64,000 bases of DNA from an uncultured Planctomycetales bacterium. GTDB lineage: Bacteria; Omnitrophota; Gorgyraeia; Gygaellales; Profunditerraquicolaceae. The notes beneath the pieces were generated by a model. The model ran no database searches. It saw nothing but the letters and a program-made list of their open reading frames with translations, and had not been told where the DNA came from. Of this stretch, positions 36,671 through 45,255 are shown in pieces. The position numbers and the translations under genes were made by a program. The stretch covers positions 157,907-221,906 of the forward strand of contig CAZOGI010000001.1 of assembly GCA_964579435.1 (NCBI GenBank), read 5' to 3'. The first letter of the stretch is position 1. Each line of letters starts with the position of its first letter.

Positions 36671-38425
36671 TCACTGTTTCCTTGTCCGAATATCTTCCCG
36701 CAGCGCCGAAACAAAAGCTTCCAGGCTCATCGTTTCGCTCTTGCCGCTGCCCTTCTTGCGCACGGCAACGGCCTGGGCCGCGCGCTCCCTCTCCCCGACC
36801 ACCAGCAGGTAGGGGATCTTGTCCAACTCCGCCTGACGGATGCGCTTATTGAGCGTCTCGTTGCGCGCGTCCAGTTCGGCGCGGATCGCTCCCGCGCGCA
36901 GCACCTCAAGGACCTGGCGGGCGTAACTTTCGGCGCCGGCGTCCACCGGAATGACCTGTGCCTGTACCGGCGCCAGCCATACCGGAAACGTCCCGTTATA
37001 GTGCTCGATCAGCGCCCCGACGAAACGCTCGATGCTGCCGAGCAAGACCCGGTGCAGCATAACCGGCTGCCGCTGCGTACCGTCGGCGTCGACGTAGCTG
37101 AGATTAAATCGCTTCGGCAGGGCAAAATCACACTGGATCGTCGCGCATTGCCAGGTGCGTTTCAGCGCGTCTTTCAGTTTGATATCGATCTTGGGCCCGT
37201 AAAATGCCCCGTCCCCCTCGTTGATTTCATACGCAAGGGCGCGGCGCTTCAGCGCCGCTTCAAGCGCTCCGGTTGCGGCCTGCCAATCCTGATCCGAACC
37301 GATCGATTTTTCCGGCCGGGTGCTCAACTCAACGAGGGGATCCCGGAAACCGAAGACCGCCAGGGTGTCGAAGACAAAATCGATAACGCCGGCAATCTCC
37401 TCGGCCAGTTGATCGGGGAGACAAAAAATATGCGCATCGTCCTGGGTAAAACCGCGGACCCGCAGCAACCCGTGCAACACCCCCGCCTTCTCGTTGCGGT
37501 ACACCGTTCCCAACTCAAAGAGCCGCAGCGGCAGATCGCGGTAGCTGCGCTGGCGCGACTGGTAAATCAGAATGTGCCCCGGGCAATTCATGGGCTTGAG
37601 CACGAATTCCCGGCCCTCGACGGAGAGGGTATACATGTTGTCGCGGTAATAGTCGTAATGCCCCGAGGCCTTCCACAGCTCGGCCTGCATGATATGGGGT
37701 GTCACCACCATCTGGTAGCCGCGCCGCAGGTGCTCTTGTCTTTCGAAATCCTCAATCAACATGCGCAGGAGCGCGCCCTTGGGGTGGTAAAAAACAAGGC
37801 CCGCTCCCGCCTCTTCATGAAAAATAGAGAAAAGCCCCAGCGACGGGCCGAGCTTGCGGTGATCCCGCGCCTTCGCCTGATCAAGGGCGAAAAGATGCTG
37901 CGCCAGCTCTTTCTCCGTCTCAAAACACGTCCCGTAGATGCGCTGCAGCATCGGGTTCGTTTCGATCCCATGCCAGTACGCCCCGGCGACCGATAAGAGC
38001 TTAAAGGCCTTGACCGCGTCGGTCGTCTCGACATGCGGACCGCGGCACAGATCAAGAAACCCCGAACCGGTGCGATAGACGGTAACGGTCTCCACCGGCA
38101 GCCCGTCCAGCAACTCCACCTTGTATGACTCGCCGCGCTCCGCCAGAAGCGCGCGGGCGTCGGCCTTGGCCAGCTCCTGGCGCAGGAACGGCTGCGCCGA
38201 GGCGATGATCGCGCGCATGCGCTCTTCGATGCGCGCCAGATCGGCGTCGGTCAACGGCTGCGCAAGATCGAAGTCATAATAAAAACCGTCCTCGATCGCC
38301 GGACCGATGCCCAGCTTCGCCTCCGGCCAAAGCTCTTTTACCGCCTGCGCCATGATATGCGCGCAGGAGTGACGGACGATTTCCATATCCATACCGGGCA
38401 CTAATAATTGTGGCTCTTGGCTCAT
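36671..38425 (-). CDS. thrS: Threonyl-tRNA synthetase (lacks the N-terminal TGS domain)
   Basis: It starts at the editing domain (IVRHSCAHIMAQAVKELWP). Class II core motifs are present. 584 aa. Confidence 0.93.
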   Translation of the reverse strand: MSQEPQLLVPGMDMEIVRHSCAHIMAQAVKELWPEAKLGIGPAIEDGFYYDFDLAQPLTDADLARIEERMRAIIASAQPFLRQELAKADARALLAERGESYKVELLDGLPVETVTVYRTGSGFLDLCRGPHVETTDAVKAFKLLSVAGAYWHGIETNPMLQRIYGTCFETEKELAQHLFALDQAKARDHRKLGPSLGLFSIFHEEAGAGLVFYHPKGALLRMLIEDFERQEHLRRGYQMVVTPHIMQAELWKASGHYDYYRDNMYTLSVEGREFVLKPMNCPGHILIYQSRQRSYRDLPLRLFELGTVYRNEKAGVLHGLLRVRGFTQDDAHIFCLPDQLAEEIAGVIDFVFDTLAVFGFRDPLVELSTRPEKSIGSDQDWQAATGALEAALKRRALAYEINEGDGAFYGPKIDIKLKDALKRTWQCATIQCDFALPKRFNLSYVDADGTQRQPVMLHRVLLGSIERFVGALIEHYNGTFPVWLAPVQAQVIPVDAGAESYARQVLEVLRAGAIRAELDARNETLNKRIRQAELDKIPYLLVVGERERAAQAVAVRKKGSGKSETMSLEAFVSALREDIRTRKQ

Positions 38426-38481
38426 CGCCCCCCGCCTACGGCGACGCGCGCCGGGGACTACGAACCATGAGCCAAAAGAAA

Positions 38482-38558
38482 TGGTGGGCCCATGAGGACT
38501 CGAACCTCAGACCTTCACGATGTCAACGTGACGCTCTAACCAACTGAGCTATGAGCCC
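38482..38558 (-). tRNA. tRNA-Val (GAC), CCA encoded
   Basis: Hand fold: GGGCTCA/TGGGCCC acceptor, anticodon loop TTGACAT, T-loop TTCGAGT, 3' ACCA. Confidence 0.9.
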
Positions 38559-38583
38559 AACAACCGCTTGATTCCGTCTCAAA

Positions 38584-38666
38584 TGGGCAAGGAGGGATTC
38601 GAACCCTCACAGCCGTGAGGCCAACAGATTTTAAGTCTGTCGTGTATGCCATTCCACCACTTGCCC
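38584..38666 (-). tRNA. tRNA-Leu (TAA), class II with a long variable arm, no encoded CCA
   Basis: GGGCAAG/CTTGCCC acceptor, anticodon stem ACAGA/TCTGT, loop CTTAAAA, 15-nt variable arm, T-arm GAGGG-TTCGAAT-CCCTC. Confidence 0.85.
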
Positions 38667-38729
38667 GCAGCTTTTCTTCGCACCCGTTAGCGCGCGCGCC
38701 CTCCCTGCCGGTGCGCACGGGAGTGGGAA

Positions 38730-38804
38730 TGGAGGCGGCAAGCGGAATCGAACCGCTGGATAACTGTTTTGCAGACAGTTGCCTTGCCACTTGGCTATGC
38801 CGCC
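38730..38804 (-). tRNA. tRNA-Cys (GCA), CCA encoded
   Basis: GGCGGCA/TGCCGCC acceptor, anticodon stem ACTGT/ACAGT, loop CTGCAAA, T-loop TTCGATT. Confidence 0.9.
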
Positions 38805-39373
38805 GTCTTAAGAACGTTGTCAACCGCGGCCAGGATCGTCTCGGTATCGGCAAGACATCCCGGCCCCACCGTCCCGCACGCAAGCTTGCCGACCCGCGGT
38901 TCGACGAAGACATACCCCAACGCGGCCAGTTTCCGGATATTGCCCTGCGTGATCGGATTGGTATACATCGCCGCGTTCATCGCCGGACAGAAAATCACCG
39001 GCGCTTTCGTCGCAGAAATAATACAGGAAAGGAGATCGTCGCAGAGCCCGCCGGCGACCTTGGCGATGCACTGCGCCGTTGCCGGCGCGATCAAAACCGC
39101 ACGGGCCCGTTCGGCCAGGGAGATATGTTCCACCTCCCAGGTTTCGGGCGAATCGAACAACCCCCGATACGCCCGTCGTCCCGTCAAGGCTTCCCAGAGC
39201 AGCGGCCGGATAAACTCTTCCGACTCCCGCGTCATAACGACATCGACCGAGCAGCCTCGATCCCGCAGGCGCCGGATCAGATCGCCCGCCTTATAGATCG
39301 CGACGCTGCCGGTCACGCCCAGGATAACAACCGGGGCGGCTGCGGCGATGCGGCGGGTTTCTTTAGGCGGCAC
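38795..39373 (-). CDS. coaC: Phosphopantothenoylcysteine decarboxylase (CoaC flavoprotein domain only; no CoaB domain)
   Basis: VVILGVTGSVAIYKAGDLIRRL, PAMNAAM and CGTVGPGCLA. I favour the GTG 39373 start (11-nt overlap with rpoZ); the alternative is ATG 39415. The stop TAG lies inside the tRNA-Cys 5' acceptor arm. Confidence 0.8.
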   Translation of the reverse strand: MPPKETRRIAAAAPVVILGVTGSVAIYKAGDLIRRLRDRGCSVDVVMTRESEEFIRPLLWEALTGRRAYRGLFDSPETWEVEHISLAERARAVLIAPATAQCIAKVAGGLCDDLLSCIISATKAPVIFCPAMNAAMYTNPITQGNIRKLAALGYVFVEPRVGKLACGTVGPGCLADTETILAAVDNVLKTAA

Positions 39374-39578
39374 CTTTTGCCTTCTTACAGCTGACTTTGC
39401 CTTCAGCAATTTCATGCAGGGCGATAGTGGAGGGCTTGGTGGTGCTATTGATTTCAACCAGCTTCGGTTGCCCTTCCGCAATCTCCAATGCGCGCTTGGA
39501 GGCGAGTACCACTAATTTATAAATCGAATCGTTGCTTCTGTCCAACAGCCTCTCAAGCGGAACATAATTTATAAGCAT
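39363..39578 (-). CDS. rpoZ: RNA polymerase omega subunit
   Basis: SIYKLVVLASKRALEI; 71 aa; conserved gmk-rpoZ-coaBC neighbourhood. Confidence 0.85.
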   Translation of the reverse strand: MLINYVPLERLLDRSNDSIYKLVVLASKRALEIAEGQPKLVEINSTTKPSTIALHEIAEGKVSCKKAKGAA

Positions 39579-39599
39579 GTCTCTCCCTAAAATGTAACC

Positions 39600-40202
39600 C
39601 TATGTCTTAAAATGCGATACATTGCTGCGAATAATTTTTTTGAGCTCTTGGATAGCCAGCGCCAAGCGGTCATTAATCAGAAGGTAGTCAAATTTCCTGG
39701 CGCGACGCATCTCCTGCCTGGCCAATGCCAGCCGCTGGCCGATCTCGCGCGCCGCCGTTTCCCGTTTACGCGCGCCAATGCGCTTCGCCAAAACCTCCTC
39801 TGAAGGCGCGCCCACCAATATCGAAACGGTCTCCCGGGGAAAAGCTCGCTTAACCTGCCGAACCCCCCGATAATCGAGACAAAGGATCAGGTTGCGGCCG
39901 CGCGCCAGCTGCTGCTGCACAAACGCGCGCGGAGTTCCGTAATAATACCCCAAATACCTGGTCCATTCAAGAATTTTTTTCGCTTTCTGCAGAGCGCGGA
40001 AGCGTTGCGCAGAGACAAAAAAATAATCCCTCCCTTCGCGCTCGCCCGCCCGCCGCGGCCGCGTGGTGCACGAAACCGAACGCCTGAGGCATTTTTTCGC
40101 CTGCGGATCCCGCAGGATACGCCGCGCCAGGGTCGTCTTGCCTGACCCTGAAGGGCCGGAAAGGATGAAAAGTCGTCCGCTCAGGGGTACGGGGGATTTC
40201 AC
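39600..40202 (-). CDS. gmk: Guanylate kinase
   Basis: ILSGPSGSGKTTL P-loop, TTRPRRAGEREGRDYFFV; GTG start at 40202. Confidence 0.9.
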   Translation of the reverse strand: MKSPVPLSGRLFILSGPSGSGKTTLARRILRDPQAKKCLRRSVSCTTRPRRAGEREGRDYFFVSAQRFRALQKAKKILEWTRYLGYYYGTPRAFVQQQLARGRNLILCLDYRGVRQVKRAFPRETVSILVGAPSEEVLAKRIGARKRETAAREIGQRLALARQEMRRARKFDYLLINDRLALAIQELKKIIRSNVSHFKT

Positions 40203-41026
40203 TCGATGTTCTGGACCTGCTCGCGCAACTTCTCTATTTTACTCTTGAGCCCGACCACGATCGCCGAGATCGGCCCGTCGCAGGATTTGGCGCCCATGGT
40301 ATTGGTCTCGCGCTGCATCTCCTGGGCGATAAAATCGAGCTCTTTGCCTACCGGACTGTTCCCCGCGCATTTTTCCAGGAAGGTACGCAGAAAGAAATCC
40401 AGGCGATCGAGCTCCTCGGCAATATCGATATTCTTTAAAAAGCTGGCGCGCTCATCGGGTGTCGAGAGCTGCGCCGCCTTCTCCTTGGCGACGACGCAAA
40501 ACCGGGCGCGGATCCGCCCCACCTCTGTCTGCATGGTGCGGGCATACTGGCGCAGTATCCGCTGCAAAGCGCGCCCCTCTTTTTGGCGCATGCGCAGCAG
40601 TTGCGTCAACGCCCGCGCCAGCAAACGCTCCAGCTGCGGCCACAAGGTCTCCCGCGAAGTCCGCCGCTCGACCAGCGAAACCACGCCGGGCAAATGCAGC
40701 AGCGTTTCCAGCGAAGGCGCCCCCGCGAGGCGATAGCGCCTTTGGACGTGGGCAATCTCTTCCAGGTAGCGGCCCAGGAGCGCGGTGTCGAGACGCACAT
40801 CCGCCGGCATTGCCGCGGCGACCTTGAAGACGCACACCACTCGCCCGCGGCAAAGCTTCTTTTCGACCTCCTTCTTGATCCGGTCCTCAAACGCCAAAAA
40901 ACCTTCGGGCAAATGCAGGACCGTCTCGAGGAATTTATGGTTGGTGCTGCGCAGCTCTATCGAACAGCTGCCCCCCTGCGCAAGCGAACCTTCGGCGATG
41001 CCGAACCCCGTCATGCTGCGAATCAT
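40199..41026 (-). CDS. yicC: YicC-family endoribonuclease / stress-induced protein
   Basis: MIRSMTGFG start, SVNHKFLE-like STNHKFLE, C-terminal EKLREQVQNIE. ATG 41026 overlaps the ndk stop as ATGA. Confidence 0.85.
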   Translation of the reverse strand: MIRSMTGFGIAEGSLAQGGSCSIELRSTNHKFLETVLHLPEGFLAFEDRIKKEVEKKLCRGRVVCVFKVAAAMPADVRLDTALLGRYLEEIAHVQRRYRLAGAPSLETLLHLPGVVSLVERRTSRETLWPQLERLLARALTQLLRMRQKEGRALQRILRQYARTMQTEVGRIRARFCVVAKEKAAQLSTPDERASFLKNIDIAEELDRLDFFLRTFLEKCAGNSPVGKELDFIAQEMQRETNTMGAKSCDGPISAIVVGLKSKIEKLREQVQNIE

Positions 41027-41526
41027 TCCCACGTCTCCACGGTTCGCTCGCGCTCAACCGCCTTTTTCGTCCGGTACAGTGGCACGATAATCTCCTCCGG
41101 CGAAAACCAGAGTTTGATCTCCCGCTCCGCCTCTTTCTCGTCCGAAGAAACATGAATGACGTTTTCGTATACCCCCGAGGTGGTAATCCGGCCATAAGAG
41201 CCGCGGATACTGGTTGACTCCGCCTCCTCCGGATTCGTGGCGCCGGCCAGCTCTCGGCACTTGCGGATCGCCTCTTTCCCCCAATACACCAGCGCCATAA
41301 CCTTACGGCGATCGTGCAGCTCCCCCTGCAAATACCGCAGCAGCTCTTCGAAAAACGGCTTATCCCGCAGATGACAGTAGTGCGCCGAGGCCAACTCCCG
41401 GGAGACGCGGACCATTTTTGCGCCGACGATCTCCAGTTTCGTCTCCGAAAGACGGGTGAGAATATTGCCCGTCAACGATTTTTTGAGCCCGTCGGGCTTG
41501 ATGAGAATAAGGACCGCCTGATTCAT
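41023..41526 (-). CDS. ndk: Nucleoside diphosphate kinase-like protein with a C-terminal extension
   Basis: LILIKPDG, FFEELLRYL and NVIHVSSD (active-site His context). Confidence 0.8.
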   Translation of the reverse strand: MNQAVLILIKPDGLKKSLTGNILTRLSETKLEIVGAKMVRVSRELASAHYCHLRDKPFFEELLRYLQGELHDRRKVMALVYWGKEAIRKCRELAGATNPEEAESTSIRGSYGRITTSGVYENVIHVSSDEKEAEREIKLWFSPEEIIVPLYRTKKAVERERTVETWE

Positions 41527-41530
41527 TGCA

Positions 41531-42391
41531 TTACCCCCCTGCCATTTTGTCGACGAGCCGAGACAGGTCGTCGGGAGAGTAGAATTCTATCGCGATCTCC
41601 CCCCTCTTTTTACGTCTCGTAATGCGGACCTTGGTTCCCAATGCCTGCTGAAGCCGCTCCTCCGCCGCAACCAGCGACGGATCCTTGCCGGCGAGGGAGC
41701 GTATGCGCTGCCGGACCGCGCGCGGCGAGCGCCGGCGCAGGAGCGTCTCGAGCTCCCGCACCGACAACGCCTTGATGACCGCCTCGTGTGCAAGACGCCG
41801 CTGCAGGTGCGGATCATCCAGTTCCAGGAGTGCCCTGCCATGCGCAAAACTCAGGCGGCCGCCGCGGATATCCTCCTGCACCTCTGCGGGCAGATTCAAC
41901 AGCCGCAGGGTATTGGCAACGCTCGCGCGCGCCTTGCCCAGCACCACACTGATACGTTCCTGAGTGATCTGGAACTTATCGATGAGGTATTGGTACGCGC
42001 GCGCCTCTTCGATCGCGTTGAGATCCTGACGCTGGATGTTTTCGATAAGCGCGATCTCCAGCGCTTCCTGGTCGTTTGCCTCTTTCAAAAGAACCGGGAT
42101 TTCGCTCAATTGCAGATGCTGTGCGGCGCGGAACCGTCGTTCACCGGCGATCAACTCGAATATATCGCCCTTCTTGCGCGCGACAACCGGTTGGATAACT
42201 CCCTTTTCTTTGATCGACTGTATCAATTCCTGCATCCGCACCGGATCAAAATCCTCCCGCGGCTGCAGCGGATTCGGCCGCACCTGCTCGATCTTGGCAA
42301 GGATAACCGCTCCGCTTTCTTCTTGCAAAGATGCCCGCTCAGGTAACAACGCACTCAATCCCTTTCCTAAAGCTCGTTTTTCCATCCGCAT
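41531..42391 (-). CDS. parB: Chromosome partitioning protein ParB/Spo0J
   Basis: LGKGLSALL, PNPLQPREDFD, IAGERRFRAA and an HTH region. Confidence 0.9.
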   Translation of the reverse strand: MRMEKRALGKGLSALLPERASLQEESGAVILAKIEQVRPNPLQPREDFDPVRMQELIQSIKEKGVIQPVVARKKGDIFELIAGERRFRAAQHLQLSEIPVLLKEANDQEALEIALIENIQRQDLNAIEEARAYQYLIDKFQITQERISVVLGKARASVANTLRLLNLPAEVQEDIRGGRLSFAHGRALLELDDPHLQRRLAHEAVIKALSVRELETLLRRRSPRAVRQRIRSLAGKDPSLVAAEERLQQALGTKVRITRRKKRGEIAIEFYSPDDLSRLVDKMAGG

Positions 42392-42393
42392 CC

Positions 42394-43200
42394 TCAGCTA
42401 TTTATGGTTCCCGAAGAATTATCCAGACTGAAATCTGGCTTGGGTATTCCTAAAATCTCGCAGGCAAGCTCTTCATACTTTTGAGCGCCTAATGAATCCT
42501 TGTCATACAAAGAGATTGGTTTGCCGTAACTCGGTGCCTCTGTTAATCTTATGTTTCTTGGAATGACTGTTTTATAAACTTTTTCTCTAAAATACCCTCG
42601 CACCTCTTGAATAACTTCTTTGGTAAGATTTGTCCGGAAATCGGCCATAGTTAAAAGGACCCCTTCAATTTCCAGTCCGGGGTTGAGTGTTTCACGAACC
42701 AGCTTGACGGTATTCATCAGCTGCGTCAATCCTTCTAACGCATAATATTCGCACTGAACGGGAATGATAAGCGAGTCTGCCGCACAGAGCGCATTGATCG
42801 TCAGTAACCCCAGCGATGGCGGCGAATCGATGATCACGAAATCGAAATTGTTCTTTTCCTCGACAAGCGAGCGCTTCAGCTTATACTCGCGCCCCAGAGC
42901 TCCGACGAGCTCAACCTCTGCGCCGGTCAGGTCAAGATTTGCCGGCGCCACAAAGAAATTCGGGACCGCGGTTTCAACAACAACCCCCGCCAGCTTCTCC
43001 TCCTCCAAGAGAATATGGTATGTACTCTTCTTTACATCGTGCCGATTAATGCCTGCGCCGCTCGTTGCATTTGCCTGGGGGTCAAGGTCGATCAACAGAA
43101 CCCGCTTTTGCGCGCGCGCCAGATAGGCGGAAAGATTGATTGAAGTTGTCGTTTTCCCTGTTCCACCCTTCTGGTTGCAGATTGAAATTACCTTACCCAT
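42394..43200 (-). CDS. parA: Chromosome partitioning ATPase ParA/Soj
   Basis: Deviant Walker A NQKGGTGKTTTSINL, with IIDSPPSLG. Confidence 0.92.
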   Translation of the reverse strand: MGKVISICNQKGGTGKTTTSINLSAYLARAQKRVLLIDLDPQANATSGAGINRHDVKKSTYHILLEEEKLAGVVVETAVPNFFVAPANLDLTGAEVELVGALGREYKLKRSLVEEKNNFDFVIIDSPPSLGLLTINALCAADSLIIPVQCEYYALEGLTQLMNTVKLVRETLNPGLEIEGVLLTMADFRTNLTKEVIQEVRGYFREKVYKTVIPRNIRLTEAPSYGKPISLYDKDSLGAQKYEELACEILGIPKPDFSLDNSSGTINS

Positions 43201-43222
43201 TTAATTTCAAATAGTTACAAAT

Positions 43223-43238
43223 TGTTCCACGCGGAACA
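43223..43238. promoter_or_regulatory. parS-like 16-bp imperfect palindrome
   Basis: TGTTCCACGCGGAACA matches the consensus tGTTTCACGTGAAACa at 13/16 positions and lies 23 nt upstream of the parA start. Confidence 0.45.
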
Positions 43239-43273
43239 TTTTGATTGCCCTTGATTCTTTATCTATTGTCCTT

Positions 43274-43501
43274 TTATTTTGCCGGCTTGTCAAGTTTTTT
43301 GTCTGCTGCCGGAACTACGCTTACCCTTACCTTGGCTGGCTTTGCCCCCGCCATACCAAATAGCCCTCTTTCTTCCTCGCTAAGCACTTCTATCTTCACT
43401 TGCTTACGCGGGACCTTGAGCGCAACCAGGGCTTTATTAATAGCGTCCTCGAGATTTTTACCCTCAACCTCGATACTTTGAAATTCTTTATGCGGGGACA
43501 T
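43274..43501 (-). CDS. Jag/KhpB N-terminal-domain-only protein (75 aa)
   Basis: IEVEGKNLEDAINKALVALKVPRKQVKIEVLSEEERGLFG matches the Jag_N pattern. It sits in the canonical position after yidC. I place the start at ATG 43501. No KH or R3H domains are present. Confidence 0.6.
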   Translation of the reverse strand: MSPHKEFQSIEVEGKNLEDAINKALVALKVPRKQVKIEVLSEEERGLFGMAGAKPAKVRVSVVPAADKKLDKPAK

Positions 43502-45023
43502 TCTTGTACACTCTCGCTTGATAAATAAGCATGAGAAGGCTATTCGTGATCCAGTACAAAACAAGTCCGGAGGGAACGCGGTAAAACGCCATTCCAAAAA
43601 TTATCGGCATTAAGAAAAGCATCATCTTCTGCTGTTCATTGGCTCCAGCGGTTTTACTCATGGATATCTTCTGTTGAAAGAACATCGCAAGAGCCATGAG
43701 GATTGGTAATAAATTAATTTCGTTGCCTAAAAGCGGGAGGTGATTGGGCAAAAGCGCAATCCGGTCAGGCTCGGAAAGATCCTTAATCCAGAAAAACTCC
43801 GCACCTTTTAACGCAATAGAGCGAGGAAGCAGTTGAAGGAAGGCAACAAAAACGGGCATTTGCAATAACAGCGGCAAGCAGCCGCCCAAGGGATTGACTT
43901 TATGCTCCCGAAATAACTTCATTTGTTCTTGCTGAAATTTCTGGGGATTATCCTTATACAACTTCCTTAACTCTTCGAGTCGAGGTTGAATCATTTGCAT
44001 CTCTTTCATCGACTTTGTTTGCTTTATGGTCAATGGAAATAGCGCTATAAAAATTGTGCATGAAACGCCAATGATGGCCCATCCCCAGTTATTGAATAAC
44101 CTGTGGAAAAACTCAAGCAATTGAAGCAAAATTTGTGATATAAAATCAAAGGTTCCAAAATGAATAATCGACGCATACTCGGGATCAGCTTCTGAAAGCA
44201 GCTTTATAATCTGTGGGCCGGCAAATAATTTCAAATTTAACGCCTTCTTTTCTCCTGGTTTTAGCTCCATCAACGACTGCGGACTAAACGTCACCACAGA
44301 AACATTTTTATCCGGACGCGAGATTGATCCGTTAATTTTTACTGAATCATCAGATTGGACAATTAAAGCATAATATCTTGTTTTGAAAGCAATGAAGTCA
44401 ACATCTTTAAAGTCTGCCTTCTTTGAAGGAGCATAGGTAGTTGTATTATTTTTTTCCCTACTCACCACAACACTACTATATTGTAAATCGCTTGCCCCCT
44501 GCTTCAAATCAAAACTTCCCAGAACAACTGGAAAATTTACCGTACGAACATTACTTCCAATATTCTCAACTTCAAATTTAAGATTTCCTTGAACACTATT
44601 CTTAAAAGATAGAATCCTTTTAATTCTAAATTCTCTATCTTCACTAACCGAAATAATGGAATTATTAATTAAATTAGATTCACTAATAATAAAATTATTA
44701 TTAAACCCAACTATTTCTAAGGCATTAAATAACAACATGTTACCACCACCAAAAACTTTTCCAAACTTCAACTCAAACAATGACCCGGTTAAGCCATTAA
44801 ATACCGCCTTAAAATGTCCAAAGTTAAATTCCTTTTTGGACATTTCTTTAACATTTTGCAGATCGTTCTTTTTTATTTCTGGCGGGAGGATTTCTTTTGA
44901 AGACAGCGGCTCTTGTTCAGATCGCAGAAGGAGCGGGGACGGCTGTTGCTTTGGCAAAACGGACGACCAAATAAACAATACCACCGCTGACAAGAAAATA
45001 GCCAAAATCAGTCTTTTTTCCAT
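43488..45023 (-). CDS. yidC: Membrane protein insertase YidC
   Basis: N-terminal TM helix, a large periplasmic domain, and the conserved C-terminal core (NPLGGCLPLLLQMPVF..., LPILMA, VPSGLVLYW). Confidence 0.92.
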   Translation of the reverse strand: MEKRLILAIFLSAVVLFIWSSVLPKQQPSPLLLRSEQEPLSSKEILPPEIKKNDLQNVKEMSKKEFNFGHFKAVFNGLTGSLFELKFGKVFGGGNMLLFNALEIVGFNNNFIISESNLINNSIISVSEDREFRIKRILSFKNSVQGNLKFEVENIGSNVRTVNFPVVLGSFDLKQGASDLQYSSVVVSREKNNTTTYAPSKKADFKDVDFIAFKTRYYALIVQSDDSVKINGSISRPDKNVSVVTFSPQSLMELKPGEKKALNLKLFAGPQIIKLLSEADPEYASIIHFGTFDFISQILLQLLEFFHRLFNNWGWAIIGVSCTIFIALFPLTIKQTKSMKEMQMIQPRLEELRKLYKDNPQKFQQEQMKLFREHKVNPLGGCLPLLLQMPVFVAFLQLLPRSIALKGAEFFWIKDLSEPDRIALLPNHLPLLGNEINLLPILMALAMFFQQKISMSKTAGANEQQKMMLFLMPIIFGMAFYRVPSGLVLYWITNSLLMLIYQARVYKNVPA

Positions 45024-45039
45024 TGTTTGCCTTTATGCG

Positions 45040-45255
45040 CTAATGAGGCGGATCATAGAGTGGGCCGCGGGTAAAAGGATGGCACCGCAAAATGCGCCGG
45101 CAGGCTTTTAAGCCGCCACACCAAAAACCCCACCGGGAAATCGATTCCTTCGCATACTCCGAACAACTGGGGATATAACGACAGCTGGGCGGCAGGAGCC
45201 CGCGGAAAAACCGCTGATACGTCGCAAGGAACAAAAGCGCTATCCGTCGGCCCAT
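45040..45255 (-). CDS. yidD: Membrane protein insertion efficiency factor YidD
   Basis: CRYIPSCSEYAKESI...RILRCHPF..GPLYDPP. Confidence 0.9.
   Translation of the reverse strand: MGRRIALLFLATYQRFFRGLLPPSCRYIPSCSEYAKESISRWGFWCGGLKACRRILRCHPFTRGPLYDPPH

Noticed and set aside
38536-39394. Track ORFs 38536-38913 (-), 38615-39394 (+) and 38769-39296 (+) spanning the tRNA cluster.
   Set aside because: They run through three well-folded tRNA genes and antisense to coaC, so they are spurious.
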